From contig MCFH01000073.1 in assembly GCA_002104945.1 (NCBI GenBank), positions 1 through 64,000 on the forward strand: a stretch of DNA of 64,000 nucleotides, in the 5' to 3' direction. The DNA comes from Piromyces finnis finn (lineage: Eukaryota > Fungi > Neocallimastigomycota). A program made the translations under genes and the position numbers. Below, one piece after another: positions 16,244-26,532 of the stretch. The notes beneath the pieces are model-generated. The model made no database searches and was not told the origin of the DNA. It saw only the letters and a list, made by a program, of their open reading frames with translations. How positions within the stretch are numbered: position 1 is the first letter of the stretch; every line of letters begins with the position of its first letter.

Positions 16244-16660
16244 GAAATAGAATCACTAGTTTCGTTATTATTTATTACATGTGAAGATTTATATTGTTCC
16301 GATTCTAATGTAGAAATAATATGCTTTAATTCGTTTAAATCTTGATCAGAATAATTTCCGGAAGTGAATGATGAAATTTTCATAAGCTGTATATTGATCC
16401 ATACTTATTTCTTTATAGATCTTAAGTAAAGATTCATTGCATTTTTTAGATTTATATTGTTCATTTAAAATTTCAATATTATCATTTTTTGTTATTACAT
16501 TTATAAAAAAAATATATGGAATATATTTTTTTTTTACTTTCATATTTATTCTACATTTATATTTGAGTTAATGTAAGAATTATAAGAAAAATACATAATA
16601 TTATAATGAGAATTAATTATATTTATTATATTATACATTACAATAGGATTGTTTTCGGAT

Positions 16661-17258
16661 TGTAAAGATATCAAAGCCTTAACTTGATATCTTTAATGTA
16701 ACTTAAGCCACAAATATTATTGTTTAAGTTACACAAATTATATTACAGAAAAGAAAATGTGACATAATTTATTTATTAATAATTAAAGTTTAAAACAAAA
16801 TAAATTATTATTTTATTTTTAATGTTTAACAAGTAAATTAATATTCTCAATGTAAATCCCTAGTTTTAGTATTATTTTGTAATAGAAATAGATAAATAAT
16901 ATATAAATAATAAATGATTAATATATCAATAATACATGGGCACATATTCAAATTGAATAGTACTTAATTTGAATTGCCAATTGTATTTCACTAAAATATG
17001 TATAGCTTAAAATATTTTATTAATAATTAAGATTTTAGTGTAGGTTTTAAATAATAATATATTGTTAATAAATAGTTATAATATAATATAAATGTATTTA
17101 GGAAAAATATAAATAGAAAATATTTTTCATCATTATATCGATGTAATTGTTATTATTAAAAATTCTTACAATTTTTTTATATTTCTATTTTAAATTTTTG
17201 TGTGTATTATTATAATAGAATAGATATCCTAATCTATTCTTTCTGTGTCGCCATTACA
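16661..17258 (+). mobile_element. Solo LTR, family R2 (about 600 bp)
   Basis: TGTAAAG...CATTACA termini; degenerate 5-bp TSD CGGAT/CAGAT; homologous to the gypsy 3' LTR at 33444-34011. Confidence 0.85.
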
Positions 17259-17489
17259 CAGATATATCACTAATTCTTTTAATATCATTAATATTATATG
17301 GAATGCCATATTCACCAAGAAAAAATATAATCTTTTTATATATTGTGGTTTATCTTTAAGTGAATCAATGGATCTTAATGATACCTTTGCATACATGTTT
17401 GATTGAAGATCTTCACCATATTTATTAACTTCAACATAGTGTGTTGCCATACAATAGCTTTCCTTTTTGTCTGAAGAAATATATTGAAT

Positions 17490-18085
17490 TGTAATGGTGA
17501 CACAGAAAGAATAGATTAGGATATCTATTCTATTACAATAACACTAAATTTAAAATAAAATAAAAAATTGTTTTATTAAAAATATCTTTTATAATAGAAA
17601 TTTTATTAACAATTACATTAATAAAATGATGAAAAATATCTTCTATTTATATTTTTCCTAAATACATTTATATTATTATAACTATTTATTTAAAATATAT
17701 TATTATTTAAAACCTACACTATAATCTTAATTATTAATAAAATATTTAAACTATAACTATTTTAGTAAAATTAAATAGGCAATTCAAATCAAGTACTATT
17801 TAATTTAAATATGTGCCCATGTATTATTTATATATTAATCATTTATTATTTATATAATATTCATCTTTTTCTATCAAAAACAATACTAAAACTAAGAAAT
17901 TAAATTGAGAAATTTAATTTATTTGTAAAATATTAAAAATAAATTAATAATTTATTTTGTTTTAAACTTTAATTACTAAAAATAAATTATGCTACATTTT
18001 CTTTTTCTGTAATGATTTGTGTAATTTCAATAATAATATTTATGGCTTAAAATACATTAAAGATATTATAATGTGGCACTATATA
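17490..18085 (-). mobile_element. Solo LTR, family R2, inverted and partly decayed
   Basis: Starts tgtaatggtgacacagaaagaatagattagg, the reverse complement of the R2 3' end; colinear with R2 along its length; far end eroded and approximate. Confidence 0.8.
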
Positions 18086-18779
18086 TAAAAATATTTTATT
18101 CAATTTTTATAATAAAATTAATTTTTAATATTTATAAAATATCATTATATTGATTATAATATTATAAATTATTAATTATAATATTAAAAGAAATAGAAAA
18201 AATATTGACTTTTCAATAATTTTAAATACACTGTTTTTAATGATTTTCTCATTTAATTTTACTTTTATCAATACATCCTCTAGTATTATTTTGTTCTTTT
18301 GATACATAAGCTAAGCTAATTAAAGGCTTTTAATTTGTATAAATTATTTTTTAAAATAGGTACTTTATATGGTTTATATAACTTACTGTGTATATTATAG
18401 TAACTTCAAAATCCTGCAATGATGAATCCTATTAGTAATATGAATGACATACTATATTAAATTATGCGCCACATAAATGATACGCCACACATACATTTCT
18501 AGAATATCTTTCTGAAGATGTAGATTGAAATATTATTTCATTAATAGTACTTTTATATTTATAAGCACCTAGAAGAGAATCAACGAACTTAGGAAGTGCA
18601 ATATTAATATTATTTCCTGGATCACTTAATAATCACGTGGTATAAAAATAGTTGTGGCTTCAATGATATTATAATCCTTTTGTAGTATATATCTCAATTT
18701 ATGCACTTACAAATCAAAATTGAGTGTACTAAGGATTAAAAGCTTCTCCGATTTAACCGAAATTCTTGGATTGGAATTT

Positions 18780-18930
18780 TGTAAAGATATCAAATGCCAC
18801 AATATATCTTTTATGTAACTTGACAAATATTATTAAGTTATCAAATTATATTGCAGAAAAAGAAAATGAGGTATAATTTATAAAAGTTTAAAACAAAATA
18901 AATTACTAATTTATTTTTAATATGATAATT
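18780..18930 (+). mobile_element. Truncated 5' fragment of an R2-like LTR
   Basis: tgtaaagatatcaaatgccac...gaaaaagaaaatgag...aaagtttaaaacaaaataaatt matches the first ~150 bp of R2. Confidence 0.6.
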
Positions 18931-19937
18931 AAACTTCAATAATTGAGAAATTTGAAATTATTACATTCTTCATTTTCATGTGTTAAAGTGATAACTTATA
19001 CCATCACTTACTATTCTCAATTTCTTCTGAAATTTAATAGTAATTTCATCACCAATTTTCTCATTATTTATATCAATTAATTATATTCATGACTTTAGAT
19101 AATTTAAATAATTCATCTACAAAATTCAAGGAATATTTGATTATTTTTAATATCCTTTTTTGTAATAAAATCTTTAATATTAAAAATGGTATAATTACCA
19201 TTTTCTTCATGGCTTCTTTTTTTTCTTCTTTAATTTGATCCAAGGAATCAACAATTGGATCATTATTGTTCAAAAATTTATAATTAATAACTATATTTAT
19301 TATTACAAAATTCAAGGAATTTTTTTGATTGTTTTTAATATCCTTTTTTGTAATAAAATCTTTAATATTAAATAAGCATTTTTTCGATGATTTTCGAATT
19401 AAATGCTTATCTTTAATTTTTTTTAATTAAATGAAAATATTCTTTATTTTTTATTCTTTGAATTCCTTTCCTTAATTTCAAATGTTTTAAGGAATAAGAA
19501 TCCTCTGTATCGCTTTTAGCGAAATTTTGAAATTTTTGGATAAAATAAAAATTATTGTTTTTTCATACTTAAATTTGTTTTGAAAAGATGAAAAGAATTT
19601 TGTTAATGACATTTCTTTTTATAAAACAAGTATGCAACTTTAATAATATATTTAATTTCTGAATATTAAAGTTTAAATATTCAAATTGATTTCTAGTAAG
19701 CATTAAAGTGAAATAAGCTTTATTTTTCTTTAAATACTATAAATATTATTATGCTTGTTTTATTATGTTTATCAAAAAAAAAAAAAAAAAAAAATTAAAT
19801 GATCATTATTGTTAAATATAAAAAAATATATTTCCAAATAGCAAAAAAAAAGTTATGAGTATGTACATTTATATACAAATTCTTTATTTAAAATAAAAGT
19901 AAATTGCCTTTTTAACTTAAAATCACTTTAATATCTA

Positions 19938-20420
19938 TTTTTTTTTAATTTCCGAGTTCCCATCAATCAGAGTAAGCCCCAATGACGATTCTTTGATGTT
20001 AGCTCTTTTCTTTCCTATTGCTAGGTGGTTGTGATCCTCCAGGTCTGTTATACTGAATCACCAGCCTTGACGCTCACTTAATTCATGTACATTAGTTGCA
20101 TAGTTGCATATTGTACAATATTTCCAACCATATTGCTAAGCCACATATAGTCAAGTTGATCACGTGTCAACCGCCCCCTAATGTTTACACTTAAATTGAT
20201 TAAGGAATGTTGCATGTGTATTTGGCATAGCCTAAGTCACCGCTTATAATGTTGTAATTTGAAATGTACCATGTATACTTTGACTCTCTCAAGCCGACTA
20301 GACGAGTGTTAATATCATAGTAGTAAATTAAAAAGTGCATTAATACTTACCTGAATATCATAACCCAACCCATGGTAGGGATATACGACTTTGATGTTTC
20401 ATCAGTAACATACACTTAAG
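19938..20420 (-). mobile_element. Probable 3' relic of a LINE related to the element at 39740-42378
   Basis: GC-richer island. Its minus strand near 20030-20080 matches the LINE ORF 3' end at about 39 of 53 nt by eye (gagcgtcaa.gctg..ga..cagta..acag.cc.ggagg); short A tail at about 19938-19947. Confidence 0.45.
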
Positions 20421-22646
20421 GAAATTTTCACCTATCTGATCTAAAAAATATTTTACTTTTAACTATTTTTGGAATCGGTCTCTAATAATATCAACACCAT
20501 TCAAGAGTATTTAAATAAGAATGGAAAACCAAGTGGTGGTCAGCCAGACCTAACCCCTTCAGTTGCCCCATCTACATCTACAAAATATGATTTGGATTTT
20601 GATGTAATAATGAGATCAAAATATTCCACTCCAATAAATCAAGTTCCAGATCCAGGTCTTTTTTCTGGTGATCCTCATGAAACAGAACTATTCTGTCAAA
20701 TTTGCGAAGATACTTTTAGCACTTATCCTAATAAACATATGATGGAAGAAGCTAAAATTAATTTTGTTAAAACAAGATTAAGAGGAATTGCTAGAACTTG
20801 GTATTTAAAAAGATACAGTGGAAATACTCATCCTTCTACAATGTTTGAATTATTAGTAGAATTAAAAAATGCTTTTCCAAATGTTTCAAGCAACAAATTA
20901 GCCAAGATTAAACTAAGAAAATTGAAACAAACATACGGAAAAATTAATGAATACATGGAAGAATTTAGATCATATATTCAATATTTTAACTCGATTCAAA
21001 AAGCTATTACTCTTATGTTTTATACTGGTCTTCATCCTAAGCATCAAGAAGATATTGAAAAATTATACGACTTTCCTACTACTCTCGAAGCTATTTTTAC
21101 AAGATGTATTTTATTTGAACAAATTAGTATTTCAAATTAAAAATTAAATCAAATTAATAATAAAGGTCATGGAAGAGAGAATTCCTTTTATAATAATAAT
21201 AACAACAATAATTACAACAATAATAATAGAAACAATTATCAAAAATATCACAATAATAATAATAACAATAATAATTTAAAATCTAATTAACCAGCTAATA
21301 ACAATAATAGTGGTAATAATAATAATTATTCTACTACAAGAACCCAAAAAACTTCATACAAAAATTTTTAAACAATGAACACCATAAGACGTCAATGGAT
21401 GTTCATAATACACCAAAAATTATTTATTATAATTTCCTATCTCTAGAAAACAAAGAAAATCTTAATTTAAATTCATTTTTAACCTTTAATTCATATATTC
21501 CAAAGGAATTCTTAAATAATAACTCTAATTTTATTACTAATTCACAAATAATTTGTAATTCAATGCTTGATTCTGGTTCTTCATGTAACTTTATTTCTAA
21601 CATATTTGTAGAAAAATATGGTTTAATTAAAAGAAAATTAAAAACAAATTAATTATAAAAGATATCAATGATTATGTTTATTTAAAATTTCAATTAAAGA
21701 TTTTTATCAAAAATAAATTTCATTTTATATCTTAAAGAAAAATTCTTAATTTCAGAACATATTCCTATGGATTTATTATTTGGAAATAAATTCATGAAAA
21801 AATTTAAGATTCATTTTAATCATAAAAATAGTCATTTATTGTAATAATTTTAAACTGTAAAGATATCAAACGCCTCAACTTGATATCTTTAATGTAACTT
21901 AAGCCACAAGTATTATTGTTTAAGTTATACGAATTATATTCAGAAAAAGAAAATGAGACATAATTTATTTATTAATAATTAAAGTTTAAAACAAAATAAA
22001 TTATTAATTTATTTTTAATGTTTAACAAGTAAATTAATATTCTCAATTTAAATCCCTAGTTTTAGTATTGTTTTTTTATAGAAATAGATAAATAATAAAT
22101 GATTAATATATCAATAATACATGGGCACATATTCAAATTGAATAGTACTTAATTTGAATTGCCAATTGTATTTTACTAAAAATAGTTATAGTTTAAATAT
22201 TTATTAATAATTAAGATTTTAGTGTAGATTTTAAATAATAATATATAAGAAATAAATAGTTATAATATAATATAAATGTATTTAAGAAAAATATAAATAG
22301 AAGATATTTTTCATCATTTTGATCGAACTTTCAAATCGAAATCGACCTTACGAATGAACAAAATAAGAAATCACAAGATCAAATTTAATTCGTTAAATAG
22401 GTTCAGTTAATACATTTTAAATAATTTTAATAACCTTATTAGTAATAGTAATTACTAAACATTAGATAGTTAAATTTAATATTATTATATAAATACATGT
22501 AAAAATTAGTTATTTTAAAAACTAGTTTTTTCTAGTTTTTTAATCGTTAATCACTATTATATAGTAAAAATTCTCATATAACTAAATTTTGAGGATTAAA
22601 AGAATTAATAATTAATAAAACAAGTTTTTTAAATAAACATCAAAAC

Positions 22647-23373
22647 TGTAAAAATTTTAAAATTTAAAACAGATTATAAAATTTTTTACAATAAAACAAA
22701 AAACACTAAATAAAATAAAAAATTAAAAACAAAACAAAATTTATTTATATCCTCTTTTATTTATTCTTATTTAGTTATTAACTAAACTATAGTCAATAAC
22801 AATTACATCGTTTAACTATGAAATTTTACATGTATTTATATTTTTTACAAATTATATTTTAATATACTATTCTATTTAATTATACATATATTCAATATAA
22901 AATAAACAAAACTAATTTAATACTAATTTAATTAAATAATAAAATAATAAAACTAAACTAAAACTAATTAAATACACTTTTGATTCAATTTGAGTAAACT
23001 ACAAATTGAATACAGTCCATGTATTACCTATATATTAATTAAATATTAATAATACTATTTATTATATATTTACTATTAAAAAATACTAATTTAAAACTAC
23101 GCTAAAGTTATTAAACTATTTTTAATTAAATAAGAACTTTTTAAGATTTAATTTGAATATTTAAAATATTTAAATTTAATTATCCATTAATTTAAATATT
23201 TATCCAAATTTCATTTCCAATTTTGATATTTTAAAATTAATATTTATTTAATTATTCCTTAAAATTTATATAATAAATTTTATAAATAATTTTTCATTAA
23301 AATATCAAAATTATTATTTAATAATTATTAATTAATTATTAAATAATTTAAAGATATATATTATATCTTTACA
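22647..23373 (-). mobile_element. Solo LTR, family R3 (about 727 bp), inserted in the left terminal repeat of the RT-RNase H element
   Basis: TG..CA termini; exact 5-bp TSD AAAAC (22642-22646 / 23374-23378); reverse complement of 30792-31532; the right repeat is uninterrupted at this position. Confidence 0.9.
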
Positions 23374-24168
23374 AAAACTATAAAAACATTATAAATAAGC
23401 GTGTTAAAAATAATTTCAAGTGTAAATTATCAAATAGTAACAATTATATAAAGATAACTAGAGAACTTAAGTAAACTAACGATAATAAGACCCTAAAAGA
23501 GGATTTATTACTCAATATATACGTAGATTTGGAAATAATTTAAGAAAATTTATCTTAGATCCGAATCCACAAACCAATTTAAAATACGATTTAGGTTGTA
23601 TTTTATATAGTTACAGTTGACAAGAATAAATCCAAGTATCAAGATTAATCTCTTGAAACCGGGACCAACTTAAAAAACTAGAAAAAACTACGAGTTATCT
23701 AGTTTTCGTTAATAATAAAACAATATCTACGGACGAAAGGCAAAAGGTAAGTCCTAGGCACAAATCATTAAAAAAAAAAAAAAAAAAGGCAACAAGTAAG
23801 TCCTTCACAGCCCAAATTTTATAATCGGCACCAAAAGCCAACTAACAACATTTTGTTAAAACACACAAGTAAATCTATAAATCAACCATTGTCCGAAAGT
23901 GAAGAATCCTCTGATTCGATATTTCACATACCAAAAAGAAAATCTATCAATATTTCGGGACAGTTATATTTAAATTATAATCAGCAAAGTATGCAGATGG
24001 GCAAAAATAATAAGGGAAAAGAGGCTGCTCAAAATTGAACAAAAATTACTCCAACAGAAACAAAAAAATCAAAGCTTTGTTATTTCTACTGACCATAAAG
24101 AAGGCCTTGAAGAATTTATTATAAAGGAAATAAAGAACCTACCACAAGAGTTACAAGAATTTAAAGAA

Positions 24169-26532
24169 GTGTTCGAATCTCCACCAAAAGGAAAAATATT
24201 TAATAGAAAGGAACAAAATTTAAATGCATACTTACCTTATGATAAAGAAAAAGTGAAACATCTACCAATGATGCCTCATATTCAATTAGATCAGAAACAA
24301 GAAGAAGCTTTGGAAAAGGAATTTCAAGAACTAGAAAATAACGGTAAAATAGAAAAAGTTAGAGCAAGCTCAGCCTGCAATGTATTTAACGTCCCAAAGA
24401 AGGATGGTACATTCAGAACAGTTTTCAATTATGTAATGGTAAACAACTGTTTACACCATAATAATTATCCGATTCCTAAAATTATGGAATTAGTCCACCG
24501 TGCTGCTCAGTTTAAATATCATATTTTATTAGATCTTAGAAATGCATATAATCAAATATATCTAGAGCCTAAATACCGCTTCCTTACTAGCTTTCGCTTT
24601 AGGAATCAAACTTATCAATGGAAGGTCCTTCCATTCGGTCTTTCAACCGCTCCCTCTATATTCCAGTCTATTCTAAATCTATTACTTAAGGACTATCTTA
24701 ACAAAGGCATCGACGTGTACCTAGACGATATCCATATTTATGCTCACAGCAAGGAAGAGTGTATAAAATTATGCGCCTATACCCTTGGGAAGTTCAAAAA
24801 TAATAATTTCTACTGTAAACTGGAAAAATGTTTATTTTTCCCAGAAACATTTGAATATTTAGGTTACAAAATTAGTTACGAAAAAATCCGCCCAATATCT
24901 AATAAACAGCTAAACATTAAGAAATGTTATACTCAAAAGGAATATCAACAGTTATATGGCTTCCTTAACTATTTTAAGGATTATATTAAAGACTTTACTA
25001 ATAAAACCAAAAATATCACCTTAGGTTTATCTAACAAAACTACTGCTTGGACTAACGAAATGGATAAAGAGCTAAATTATTATAAAAATCTCTTACCTAA
25101 CCTTCCAGAATTAGCGCCATTCAAACCTAATCACGATATTCTAATCCTAACCGACGCATCAGAAATCGGAATTGGAGCCGCAATTTTTCAAGCGGAGGCC
25201 ACCCATGTACATGTTCAAAACTACGTTTCAAATAACGTATACAAGAGTAATATTAATCGAGAAATTATCGAAAATCTTTTTGGTCATAAAAAAGGGACGT
25301 ATTCCGGACGTTATGGACGTAAAACTAATAACTCCGATAAAGCAAAAAATCGTGAAGACATAGAACCACCAATCAAATTAAATGAAGCTATGAATACTAT
25401 GGAAATTAAAAGAAATAACTTAGAAAAACTCAAAAAGTATTTAAAACCAATAGGATTCTACTCCAGGAAGCTCAACGCTACAGAAAGGAAATACTCTACT
25501 TTCGATAGAGAATTACTAGCCTTATCAGAAACTTTACTGCATTACAAGCTACTTTTACAACAAGGCCAAAAAATCTACTGTGCAACCGATCATAAGAACT
25601 TAGTAATTTACATTAACTCGGGATCAAAAGTTGAAACCAATCGAAAACTACGTTTATTTGAAAATATTTGCAACTTTAGCGTCATTCCTTGTTACATAGA
25701 AGGCAAAGATAATAAAATTGCCGATCTCTTATCTAGATTTATCAATATGGAAAACAGCTATGAAAACAACGACACAAATAACAATCCACAACAAGTTAAC
25801 AATATAGAGGAAGTTAACTCATTAGATTTCATCCTGAATGCTATAGAGCTCAAAGATAAAAAAAAAACAGAAGAAAATATTGATGAAAAGGAGAATATAG
25901 ATTTTAACGTATTTAAGGCCACCACTGAATCCTTACTTCAAGCAAATAAACAAATTGAACTAAAAGAATACCTATTTAAATGGTACCAAAATCAAGATAC
26001 CTTATTTAAGAACTTAAAGGAACAGGTTGTAAACTTATTAAAAGAAAATACTTACCTTGAAGAACAATATCGAAAACAAGTCAATTTAAGATGCGCCGAC
26101 TTAAAAGAAGTCTTAGGCCGCAAGGAACGATTTAATCAAGAAATAATCAATTTAAAAAAAGAAATACAACTTATACAAACTGGAAATAGCCAGATAGAAA
26201 CAAAAAGGAAATTAGAAAAATTGAATCAGAAAATAAATGATCTCAGATATGATTTAAACCCTAAGGCCGAACGAATCGAGCTTACTAAAAAAGTAAATAA
26301 AACGGAAAAACAGTTAGGAGAACTACAGAATGATATAGAAAATTTTAGAAACAAATTAGAACAAGTAAATAAAAGAATTGACGCATTAGTAATAGAAAAT
26401 GAATTGAAGGAAATATTCCCTGCCGCGGAAACTTTAATTACTAATGACCTGAAGAAAAGAAGGTTATCGAACTTTCAAATCGAAATCGACCTTACGAATG
26501 AACAAAATAAGAAATCACAAGATCAAATTTAA
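24169..26532 (+). CDS. Ty3/gypsy-type reverse transcriptase plus RNase H plus C-terminal coiled coil (frame open from about 23973; first ATG at 24268)
   Basis: RT motifs VPKKDG, LDLRNAYNQ, LPFGLSTAPSIFQ, YLDDI, YLGY; RNase H motifs TDAS, FYSRKL, DRELLA, TDHKNL, ADLLSR; then a K/E/Q/L heptad-rich tail of about 260 aa. No protease, HHCC or DDE motifs seen. Confidence 0.92.
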   Translation: MFESPPKGKIFNRKEQNLNAYLPYDKEKVKHLPMMPHIQLDQKQEEALEKEFQELENNGKIEKVRASSACNVFNVPKKDGTFRTVFNYVMVNNCLHHNNYPIPKIMELVHRAAQFKYHILLDLRNAYNQIYLEPKYRFLTSFRFRNQTYQWKVLPFGLSTAPSIFQSILNLLLKDYLNKGIDVYLDDIHIYAHSKEECIKLCAYTLGKFKNNNFYCKLEKCLFFPETFEYLGYKISYEKIRPISNKQLNIKKCYTQKEYQQLYGFLNYFKDYIKDFTNKTKNITLGLSNKTTAWTNEMDKELNYYKNLLPNLPELAPFKPNHDILILTDASEIGIGAAIFQAEATHVHVQNYVSNNVYKSNINREIIENLFGHKKGTYSGRYGRKTNNSDKAKNREDIEPPIKLNEAMNTMEIKRNNLEKLKKYLKPIGFYSRKLNATERKYSTFDRELLALSETLLHYKLLLQQGQKIYCATDHKNLVIYINSGSKVETNRKLRLFENICNFSVIPCYIEGKDNKIADLLSRFINMENSYENNDTNNNPQQVNNIEEVNSLDFILNAIELKDKKKTEENIDEKENIDFNVFKATTESLLQANKQIELKEYLFKWYQNQDTLFKNLKEQVVNLLKENTYLEEQYRKQVNLRCADLKEVLGRKERFNQEIINLKKEIQLIQTGNSQIETKRKLEKLNQKINDLRYDLNPKAERIELTKKVNKTEKQLGELQNDIENFRNKLEQVNKRIDALVIENELKEIFPAAETLITNDLKKRRLSNFQIEIDLTNEQNKKSQDQI

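Noticed and set aside
18370-19620. Coding-like degraded stretches on the minus strand, including a ~65-bp local duplication (also 16250-16540 and 4580-4910)
   Set aside because: Too many stops and no recognisable motif to support any call.
20046-20410. TGTTA...TAACA segment as the 5' LTR of gypsy copy 1
   Set aside because: No second copy, TSD or PBS in the window, and part of it aligns with the LINE 3' end on the minus strand.
20343-20420. ATACTTACCTG, the exact 5' end of U1 snRNA
   Set aside because: No U1-70K loop (GATCACGAAG), U1A loop (ATTGCAC) or Sm site downstream; it is simply the reverse complement of a CAG/GTAAGTAT-like word.
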